Origin: Nymphaea colorata
Taxonomy: Eukaryota
Assembly (NCBI RefSeq): GCF_008831285.2
Contig: NC_045138.2
Span: forward strand, 30,132,001-30,196,000
Reading direction: 5' to 3'
Length of the DNA stretch: 64,000 nucleotides
Under the pieces are notes generated by a model. The model was not told the origin of the DNA. It did no database searches and worked only from the letters and a program-made list of their open reading frames with translations. Of this stretch, positions 12,376-23,253 are shown piece after piece; the first letter of the stretch is position 1; the number at the start of each line of letters is the position of its first letter. The translations under genes were made by a program, and so were the position numbers.

Positions 12376-14681
12376 AATGGTAGCTTTTCAAAGTCATCTA
12401 ATCGTTTAATAAAGAATTGTCAATCCAGCATGATGAACGGTTAAAAGAAAAGTAAAAAATATATATATATATACATATTTTTGTCATCTAATATTAATTT
12501 ACACATTTTCCTCTCTTGTCTCTAACTGCTGCCTGAAAAAATCGATGTAGTGTATATGAGGATATAACTATGATAAGCTGCTAAGCATGGTTAAAATAAC
12601 AAACATCATATATGAATTTATCAGCTAAAATGAAGCCGAAAAAAGAAAAGGAAAGAGTTATATATTATACAAGTCAAATGCCGAATTTTAAGGAAAAAAA
12701 AAAAACCATGCCTTCTCTTTTCTAACTATAACGCGGTTTCTGGTAGAAACTGGTGGCAGGGCACAATAGCAAAAGACTTTGAAAACTTCTCCTCTATTCT
12801 TCCTCCCTTTCACGTTCTCACGAGAAAAAAACAATAATATAATAAAACCTACCCTAAAAAAAAAGAAAAAATTAAACAAAATGACGGTGCCAACTTGAAC
12901 TATGGTTTTGCTACGTTGAAAATCGATGCAATTGAGCCCTAATTTTTTTATTTCACCAAAGTGGGGCCAACTCTCCTTATTAACAACCTTCATATCTTAG
13001 CACCCACTTGAATCAACACGGAATGATCTGTTTTATAATAATTTTTTTCTATTTTCATGTTTTTTTATAAATAAAATATATTGTTTCATTAAATTTTTCA
13101 TGAGTAGAAATGCCCCTTTTAGAAAAAGTACATATATATAAATTATAAAGTTTTCAAAATGGCAAGGAACAGGTTCTCCCGATTGAAGCAACAATGATAA
13201 TGAGAAGAAACGTGAGACGGAATACATTAAGCAACGTTAGATATTAGATGAGAAGATCATGCGGAAAATGCATGCAAGTAGTGTAGCTCTATAATGTTAT
13301 AATATACAACAAATGGAAAAAAAAATCCATAAAGATTTTATTGCTAATGTTTTTTTTTTTATTGATAATATCTTTGTTTATATCATAAAGATTATTGTCA
13401 ACTTGTATGAGATACGCATTTCCTGATATCGAGGTCTTAAACTTTGTATAAGATTAATGTTGATATGTAATAGGTATAATTTTCTAATATTTAAGTTTTG
13501 AACATGTATGAATACTACACTTTTTTGGGTTTATATTAGAGACCAGAAATTGGCAAATTTTGAGGTGATTTCTGTTGTATCTTCAAGTTGAAGATCTTAG
13601 ACCATGTTTGTTTCCCATGGTTTTGATTCCAGGATCTGAGATCCACGCTGCTGAAGTCCACTGTTTGCTTACATAGTAGTTTTGAATCATTTGATGCGCT
13701 AAAAAATTCCATATCAGCCTCCGATCTATCTAACGTATAAATATGGATCAACTCAGTATAAATGTCAACAAAATCTACAGTATATGCAAGAAAATCGATA
13801 TAGATCTGTTATAATATTATTTCTAAGATTCCTTTCAATTGAGACTTTGTCTCGTACAAACATGTATTCAAAAGTTGAATCCAAAAACCAGCAGCTAATG
13901 TTCATTTTTCCTTTGATGTTGGCTTTTCAAGTACTTCCATTTGTTTACTTTTCATTTTTCTTTTCTTTGAAATATTTTTATTCATTTTTCACATATAATA
14001 GATGCAATTGATCTTTAAATCCAGATTATAAATGCACTATAACAAGCTCTTATAGAAAGTTGGATTTTTTCCATAAGATAATTTATAGTTAACTGCACCA
14101 CTGGATGCGAACAAAGAGACAGCAATCCACGGCTTGCTGATTCTTTAAGTAACAGTAAGAACGTTGAACTTTTGAACGTCTCAAACTACATATATATATG
14201 AAATTCGACCGACATCAAGCTAGCCAATCAAAGGGAATAACGCGGAAAGCATTTGTTGAAGATGATGACCCGTCACCGGACTACCAATCCAGGGGAAATT
14301 TGTCCCGAGATTAACAATACCGGACATGATGTACAAGGTGATCAAACTAAGATGGACCAGCATGAGTGGTGGCCACGTAGAGGTGAGTGCATTACGCAGT
14401 CAAAGTCACGTCATGTCACATCACGAGCAAAGACGTGACGATTCGTTTTGCGATCGTAGATCTGTGAAAGTAATTGAAGTTGGGGACCTCATATCAACTT
14501 GAGGGTCTTACATTTTGAAGAGTGTTATATACGCCGTGTCCTATATTAAATTTTCGTGTGTTAATTTAATCATGACAAAACATACACACATGATTAAGAA
14601 GGAAAAAAAAAAACTTTTGTAAGGACAAAAAAAAAAAAAAACGAAAAGCTCAAGATTTTGATTTGGTAAAGTTTAAGTTTA

Positions 14682-15082
14682 AAGGTGTCATTCATATATG
14701 CATATCGTTATAGTGATGACAAATATATTCCTTTTAATGGTAATGAAGGGTCTTCATTTATTTTTGTTTTCTTCTGTTATTATCTCATACACATTATCTG
14801 ATATGTTATTATCTCATATTTTTGTCGTTATCTCATACATATCATTATCTCATACCCCTGTCATCATCTCATACCACCCTTTATCATTATCTCAAACACT
14901 ATGAACAAATATGACAGTGATAATGTGCAATGGGTATGAGATAAAGATATGAGGTACTGTAATGGTGGAGGTATGATAATGACAAGGGTATGAGATAATG
15001 AGATGATTAAGAATATTTGATGTGCACATGCAATGTTAGGAAATTAAAGTAAATATGCATTTTGATAGTAAAGTCCACCTTT
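14682..15082. mobile_element. Foldback (long inverted repeat) element, possibly a Mutator-type MITE
   Basis: TCATTATCTCATACCCCTGTCATCATC (about 14842-14868) pairs with GATAATGACAAGGGTATGAGATAATGA (about 14975-15001). Many TTATCTCA/TGAGATAA subrepeats. Degenerate outer arms AAGGTG..ATGCATAT / ATATGCAT..CACCTT. No clear TSD. Confidence 0.5.
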
Positions 15083-16170
15083 AGCGTATATTCATTATGT
15101 ATACATAATGGTGTACAAAACTCATTCTCCTTGAACCTTATTGTTGTAAAAAAAAAAAAAAAATCAAAATTTGAATCGAATCAGTCAGTTGCCGGTTCAG
15201 TACATGGAAATCAGTCATGAATAGGTAAACAATGTCCATAAAACATATGAAGAATCACTTAAATGTGGAATACAGTAACTCAACACAATGTTCCACTAAC
15301 TTGCATAATCTGTGGGGCAAATTCATGTAACAGTTTCATGTAACAGTTCCCCAACAGAAGCAGTCCGTTCGAGTCACAAGCTCTTGAAGGAGGTTCAACT
15401 TAAGAGTAATTTATAGCAAGGGTTTTGGCAATACTGGTTGGTTTAGAGGCTGGCAACATAAGCCAAAGTAGACGTAAACCCTGCATGTAGGAGTGTTTGC
15501 TTCAGAGTTTTATACTGCAACATGAGCGACTAAGACTCTTGACCTGGAGTTCTCTCTCTCTCTTTCTCTCTCTCCATCAATTTTCAAAGCTCTAAGGAGA
15601 AACATCTGTGGCTTATATTTCTGATAAAAAAATTTTTAAAAGGAAGTTTCTTGTTCTTGAGATCAGGCAAATCGATCGCATAAAATTAATAAAGACAGAT
15701 CAAGAAGCAACTCAAATCTTTAGTAAAGTAATTTAAAGGGGATAAAGTAAGAGACATGTGTGTATGTGAAGGAAAATGAAGTCTTTCGATGCAAAAATCT
15801 CGAACACATACTTGAAGAAAATTAAACAATCAAGCCAAAGGAAAACTGATGTAAGATAATGAAGTCAACTAAGAGGAAGACACATAGAATTAATCATTGA
15901 ACTTGAAATAGTAGAGGGGCAATATTTGTGCTTGGGGTTGAAAACGAGAGGCAGAAATAGATATCAAATGTGACTGATTATATATGGTTGAAGAGATCCA
16001 ATCTTGATACGTCAACTTTTATAAGCAAACCAATTGCAGTGTAATTGAATTCAAGAAGATCTATAATAAATTTATCACATAAATAATGCCATTTATTAAA
16101 GTGATTAGTTGTCATAGATTTTTTTTATTGAAATTAAAACAGCAAGAAGTTAAGATAGGATCCATCAAAT

Positions 16171-16355
16171 AAGGGGCAGAATTAGAAATTTTTCATCAAG
16201 GGGGTCAAATTAAAGTTTCTAAATTTTGACATGGGTAGAAATATCATTTTTTTAAAACTTTTATATAAGACAAATCATTTTTCTTTTAAATTTACATGTA
16301 ATTTTTTTTTTTTTTTTTTTGGAGGTGGGGCGAGAGCCCGCAAGCTCTGCTCCTG
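16171..16355 (+). mobile_element. hAT-like MITE, AT-rich-core family (copy 1)
   Basis: Ends AGGGGCAGA ... TCTGCTCCT. Core CAAATTAAAGTTT..TAAATTTTGAC..AAATATCATTTTTT is shared with copies at about 46080, 63480 and 28740. Confidence 0.65.
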
Positions 16356-18113
16356 CGTGAGATTAAAAGGCCCAAGCCTAATGTGAAAATGGGTTGAATC
16401 GTTGCACACACAATCTTCTTTCAAATTTTTTAAGATGGTCAGATTTAAATGAATTAGTCTTACATTAAATCATTGGAGAGTCTATTTTTAAAGTGATAAA
16501 ATAAAGTTTTTGCTTTTTAATGAGTTGAACAATACTCGATCCATTAACTTGAATTGAACAAACATGGAACACATTATCTAACCCGTACCCCTTATGAGCC
16601 CTGGGCCTGACCTGTAATTTATGCCCTTATCATAGGGCTGCTCGAGCTCGACTCGGCTCAAAAAACTCGAGCTAAAGTTGTTTCGGTTCGCCTCACCCTT
16701 ATGAGCCTATCAGGCCTTTACGGCTTGCTAACAGGCTGGCTCGATCTGGGACAGTGACTAAGGTGTTTGATGATAGAGATATATTGTCTAGGGTGCATTC
16801 CACTGGCAAAATTTCATCCCCCCATACACCTCAATGAAAATAATAAGCAAACACTAGTTATAAAAGATTTACCTAGGGCTGAACTTGAGAGGTCAAAACT
16901 TTCTTTTCTCTTCCAACTATCAACTAAAGTATCTATGTGACATGTATCATTTGCAGTTTAAAAGAATAATGTCTATGAGAGTTGAATTGATGACTAAACT
17001 TTCACCCCATCTTTTAGTGCGTCTAATTTTCTAGTAGGTGTTGCCTAAAGGAGCATGGTTCACATTCAAAAGGTCAAAAGGTTTAAGGTTCGAAACCTGT
17101 GGCCCCTGTCACATTCCATTGTGCTATTCGTTTGAGCTGCTAAATGTAGCGAGCACGACACCCAAACTGCATCCTCATAACAAGCCGAAACCTCGAAATG
17201 GTTTGGTTTGATATCTGATATGAATCCGTTGAATCCATCTCTCATTGGAATCAACAAAAAAAAATGGGAAATAAATAGAAAATCGTCGTCAAAGATTGAA
17301 AAAATATAAAATTAAAAAATAGACAGAATTTTGTCACGTGCAAAATTTGGACGGATATGTAGCAAAGCAAGAGCCGTCTACACAACCGAACTTTTAGCTG
17401 TTCAAGCAACAATAGCGTTGTATTATTCACTGGGAGGATGTTGATGGGTCCGCATTTTTATCTGATTATCAAACCAAAATTCGAATCCAATTGACCAAGT
17501 TTGGCAATTGGAATAGGAAACGATAAAAGTTTACCATATCTGAATCCAAATTACATTTGAATGTCACTAAAATCTAGCTTGGTATTACATGTAAGTGTGG
17601 ACCTTGGTTTGGCTTATAGAAATTTCATGCGAATCATTAGCTAGCTCAGATTTAGATGTCTTAGACCTTAATAGTATCCTAGATCCAGTTAAAACTTAAA
17701 ATTGTAAAAAAGATTGAGTTCTATAATGTAAAAAAGATTGAGCATAGTTCTATAATGGTTGGATTGTTAAACCAACAAAAATCTGGTTGTTATTTTAATT
17801 TTTGTAGAGTTTAGAATTCTCGCTCTATATCCAAATTCCAGAGCAATCCAAAAATCCAAGGAATTGGATGGAACTTCAGCTTTTTTTTGGACCTGGATCT
17901 TGAAAATTCTATCGGCTTCCCACATATGTTGGATCAAATTTAACCTTACCACACGAGAGGAGGTGCCGGGAGAGCGTGGGTCCCGCCTCTTCCCTTTTGT
18001 GGACGGCAGCTGCGGCCGGAGCTCCGCCTTCAATTCTTCCCGCAGGTACCAAGAAGAGAGGAGGCAGAAGAGGAGTGGGGGCGACAGAGGTGGTGGTGGC
18101 GGTGGTGTGAGAA

Positions 18114-21100
18114 ATGGTGTCCGGGTCTCTCTCCATCTTATCGTCGTCTTCATCTCTTCCTTACAGAAACGAATTTCTTGTTGGCCTTCGCTCCGCCTCC
18201 GATTGTCACTTTTCTCGGTCGAATACATGCGTCTCCACCCCTCCCTCCCGTTCATCTCTCACACTGCCTCTTAGCGTTCGTTGCTCCCTGAAGCAGCGGC
18301 GGCAGCAGGACGATGGTGATGGCGGTGTGGGGAGATTCATGGGGAACAATTCCATCGCGGATTTCATGAGATTCAAGAGAAAGAATGACGGTGACGGGCA
18401 GTTGCAGACTGCCGTCGTCAGTTATCGGAAGAAATTCCCCTGGTCTTTGGTCGACCCATTCCTTCGGGCACGTACTTTTAGTCTTACTCCCTCCTAACTT
18501 CCGAATTTTTCTGCTTCCCGGAGTTTCGTCTGTGTTCTTGAACTATGAATTGGGATGTTGAGGATTCATATTTTTTGCGTTTTTATGGCGTTTGCAGGTT
18601 GACTTGGTGTCTACCATTCACATTGCTGACAAGGAGTAAGTGAATATTCACATTCACTTGCGTTTTTATTGGTGTCTACCATTCATATTTTTTAGATAAA
18701 ACGTTGGAATAGTTCCTTCTACTTTGTAATTGAAATTCTTGGTGATTTAAAGAATCAAGCTTAAATAAACGAAAGAACAACCGCAAGAGCACTTCTCTCA
18801 ATAGCATTTTTCACAATGATATTTCTACAGCAAGCATGATAAATCTACTTATGTTACTGAGCACGTTTTGTGGTTAAATTTCCCAATGGCATATTATCAT
18901 CTCGTCGGTGTCCATAAATTTCTTTCTTCTTTTTCCTTCAATTTTGCAATGCTGCAGAACTTTCTATTTGTGAATATACATGTGGGAGGACCACCCAAAG
19001 CCTCTTCTTTTGGCTGAGGTGGGTGTTGCAGTAGATGGGCAAGTTAAGCGTCATGCTGCTGGTTTGGATTCTTTCTCCTGAATGTAACGCAATGAACTCA
19101 AGATTAATAAAAGGACAACGTTTTATAGGGAATTTTAAACATAATGCTAAAGCAAAATTCAGGAGAATTGCTGGGAAACAAGAATGTCCAGCTAGTCATC
19201 ATCATTTACAACGGATCATTAGAGTGTCCTGTCTCAATGATTCAATCTTCAACACCACCGATCAAACATATGATATCTATCAAACAGGTGGTTTTGAATT
19301 TTGACGGCCTTCTTAGAAGGCGAATTTCATCTCATTATTTTGCCAAACCTCTGAACCCATCCTCCACTGGTGTTGAGATAAAAGAAACTTATTTCCTCCT
19401 TTTCATGAGTATTATTTTGCCAGACTTGCTGCTTAAACTGCGCATATGCAAGCTTGAAGTTACTGTGTGGTTGGTAGCTGTAGAACTTACTATGATCTGA
19501 CTGGTGAGAATCTTTGTATTAGGTTCTTCTCTATGTGTTTCATCCATTTCTTGTGTAATTAGCTGCTAGCGTATGGTAGATTAACAATATGTGAACTTCA
19601 GGTACTTTGCAACCCTCCAGAAGGATCTTGAATCCTATGATTGCATCCTTTATGAGATGGTAGCAAGCAGGGAGAGTTTAGAGAACAGGAGAAACAAGAT
19701 TACAACCAAAAGGCTCAAAAGTGCACGCTCTAAAGGTTTCAATATTCTTGGTTTTATTCAGCGGCAAATGGCTCGAGTGCTCTCCCTGGACTTCCAGTTA
19801 GATTGCCTTGATTATGAGAGTCGTAACTGGTTTCATGCAGATTTAGACTATGAAACTTTCAAGTCGCTCCAGGTATTTTTTTTTTCACCTATAAATGGAA
19901 ATTGTCGAGGTTATTTCTTTCATTACTATATTATATTTAAAATATTTGGCTTTCTTTCATGTTAATTGATTGTAAATGGTGCGACCTAAGGCCAATTTTT
20001 TTTCCTGATATTTGTGTAAAAAGAATTCGTCATGCATGCTACCAAAGCATCAGAATGGTAAGTTTGGAGTTTAAACGATCGTATCAGTAAGTAACTTGCA
20101 GTTTTTCTACACTGGATACGAAGATGAAAAGCATATAATAATATCGCATCATTGTAGTGCATGTGCTAGAGTGGATGGTTTTTAAATATATGGCAAATTT
20201 GTTATCCGAGGGGGGTTAATCAATACATAGCCAGATTAATTAACCTCAGTCAGCTTTCACCTTTTGAGGTTCTGTTCTTCCACTCAAAGAACTAATGGTA
20301 TATGCTGCAAGAATTCATGCTTGTCTGTTCCCATGGCTGCTTGCTAATAATAAAAGATTTATTATTATTATTATTATTGTTATTATTGGGCTCATGTGTC
20401 AGCCCACTCCTTGCAGTACCTCTCTAGGTGGTCGTATTTTATATGGGGACTCACTACAAAGTACCAACTGTAATTGATGTATGCATGTCAAACTTTTCCT
20501 CTTCTGCAGCTGGAAAGAGGCGAGAGCTTTTTCTCATTTGCAAGGGACATGACCCTCCGATCTGCGAAAGCAGTGTTGCTTCCTTCCTCTGCAGTTGAAG
20601 AACTTGGACCTTGGAAATCCAAGCTTCTGTGGGCCTCTCGAGTGCTGCCCATGCCATTAGTAGGCCTCTTCATCATTGGAGGCGTCTGTTCACAGTATGA
20701 GATCCCCTCATCTGAATACTCGGAGCTGAATGCATTATCCAGGCTGGATTTTGGTTCTGCTCTGAAGATTTTTTTGGCAAAGCGCCTAACTACAGAGTAA
20801 GGACTTTTAAACTCTCCTATGTCTGGTGTTGCGTGTTGGACTTTGGATTTAGGTGTTCTTCTCAGGTCCTTGCGGACCTTGATGTCACTGATTTGTTGCC
20901 TATTGTTCTTATCTTGAGAGAGATTTTTCTTCTGGAAAGTGATGTTGTGGAAGTTTATAAAGGTTCACGCAGGTGACTGCAGCTGTAGAAGAGAAGTCTG
21001 TCATTATTGGCGAAAGAAACAGGGCGGCTTTAGAGGCGTTGCAGAAGACACTTGATGGTGGTTATAAACGAATAGCCATTTTGTATGGTGGAGGCCACAT

Positions 21101-21419
21101 GCCTGACTTGGGCAGGCGATTGCGGGAAGATTTCAACATGGTCCCGTCGAACGTATCATGGGTTACTGCCTGGTCTATAACTAGTGACGAGCAAGATGGC
21201 AATATCAAGCAGTCTTTTCCATTTCTTAAAGCATTGGCTGAAGTATCAGGCTGGCCATTGAACAGGTACCAGACGTTGGCATTGCTCATTTTCTCTTCAG
21301 TGCTTGCACTTGACCTCTGGTTCTGGGAGATCTTCTTTGGATCGGTGGTGCACTGGGCTGCTGAGGCTGCATCTGAGATCACCCACATCGTTGGCCATTC
21401 ACACATTGTTATATCGTAG
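18114..21419 (+). CDS. Uncharacterised protein, about 468 aa, with predicted plastid transit peptide, TraB/GumN-like motifs and a C-terminal hydrophobic segment
   Basis: Exons 18114-18467 (GC donor), 18598-18635, 19602-19872, 20510-20796 and 20963-21419 give one open frame. Ser-rich N-terminus ending VRC-S. Motifs LVSTIH, ILYEM, GERN and ILYGGGH. Hydrophobic stretch TLALLIFSSVLALDLWFWEIFF. Confidence 0.85.
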
Positions 21420-22904
21420 CAACCTGTCAGACGTGAATTTACAAATTAATTTATACGATCTCTTCTTGAAATTCAAGTGAGAGGTAGGCTGAAAGCTTAT
21501 GCTCATGTAAATATGTCATGCTTTGATTCATCTTGGCCTTGTCAAGGAAAACAGCCTGAATATGGTCATATACAAGATATAGTTGCTAAACAGGCCGTAT
21601 TTTCTTCCCGTTTTCTTTTCTCACCACCCCTCAAAGGACACCCCAACTGCGAAGATGTTAGGGCCGGATATTTATCTGATGAAGGTAAACGGAAGGGTGG
21701 AAATTTGTTCGCTGTTATGTCATGCCAAGTAAAGATCAGGTTACTACTGGGCCCGATAAAATATATTATTATTAATTTGCAAATATATTTTTATATATTT
21801 TCTTATATTTATATATATTATAAATATTTTAACTTTTTTTGTTATTAAAATTGAATCGGGCTGGGGCGAGGCCAGGCCCGATCTATGATGCTTGGGCCCA
21901 GGCACGGGCCGGCCTGATGGAAACTCATCCCAACTTGTTTCCAAGCATTCCATGAGATGTCCTGAAGACTTTCGACCTTTTCTTCAATTTTTATGTTTGC
22001 AACTATGTTTTCTTCCCTTTGTCAACTTAATTATCAGAGACGGATTATGTTGGGTATGTTGGACATGCACTCGATCTGCTCCAACTGTTTAACCTCAGAT
22101 AATATATATATTAAGGGACTTTTTTGGATTGTTCAGTAGCTTCAATTGAACTACGATAAATGTATGCGCTGTGAGCAAAGGTGGATGTTTGAAGAATACC
22201 GAGGAAGTTTAGCAGTAAATAAGAAAAAAATGGATCTAAAGTTTTGCAGTATTTTTCTTATATTGCCAATTACTGTCTTTGTAAATTTTTCCTTGATAAA
22301 ATTCAAAACCCACACTCAAATGCTGGGAGCTGGGGGCGTGTTTTTGCCCCGAATGTTTCAATGAGAATGCATGTATTGCGTGAGACAGAATCTTGGGATT
22401 AACTCTTTTCACATTCGGAAAGGCACTGTTGGATGGCAAAACCCACATTCGGAAAGGCACATTCTCCAGTGCATTCGAGTTCATTTTCACATTTGTTACG
22501 TAATTCAGGAAAAAATTTGCTCCATTGCACCCATCCACTCATCCAATTTTCCCATGTTGAAAAATTTTATATTAAGAACTTTGGCACAAAATTAGACATG
22601 ATAAACAAGAAAGCTGATCTGATCGTCAAACTTACGGATGACCATCTTTTTTGTGCATGAAAGATCATGTACAATCATTCGAAAACAAGATCATAAGCAT
22701 CAGATGTAGGCCTGTCTAATGGCAGATGGAACAGAACATTCACCTGCACTCTGCATTACTCGGATATGCAGGACCGAGTTAACTCAAAATGAAATTTCCC
22801 GTTCAAGACGGTAAGAGAGGTTGGCCGCTCACTCCCGGTACCAGCTGAGCTACATAGAATAGTTGCGATCGTCCCATTAATGGTGCAGTAATTGCCCCAT
22901 TAAT

Positions 22905-23140
22905 GGTGCAGTGATTGCCCATCAAATTCATTGGAAAATCATTGACCATTGCAGGATGTACACTTTGTTAACCTGCCAGAGGCAGATTTCAATACGAGGA
23001 CTAAGCATTCACAGAATGCTTAGGTGCAGTAATTGCCCATCAAATTCATTGGAAAATCGTTTACCATTGCAGGATGTACACTTTGTTAACCTGCCAGAGG
23101 CAGATTTCAACACGAGGACTAAGCATTCACAGAATGCTTA
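22905..23140. repeat. 118-bp tandem duplication, each unit ending in a 9-bp hairpin
   Basis: Units 22905-23022 and 23023-23140 differ at about 4 positions. Each ends in TAAGCATTC-ACA-GAATGCTTA. A 23-bp tandem repeat (22873-22918) precedes them. Confidence 0.9.
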
Positions 23141-23253
23141 ACTTAGGTCTCTGTAAGACGATGTTAAGGACACATGGACATGATTAAAATAGCAGCCACT
23201 GCGAAACCAGACCATCAGATTGGCAATGTGTATTAAAATACATTGACCTATTA

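Noticed and set aside
17040..17110. GGTTCGAAAC B-box-like motif (tRNA or SINE?); similar weak motif near 45095-45140
   Set aside because: No cloverleaf, clear A-box spacing, tail or TSD could be established.
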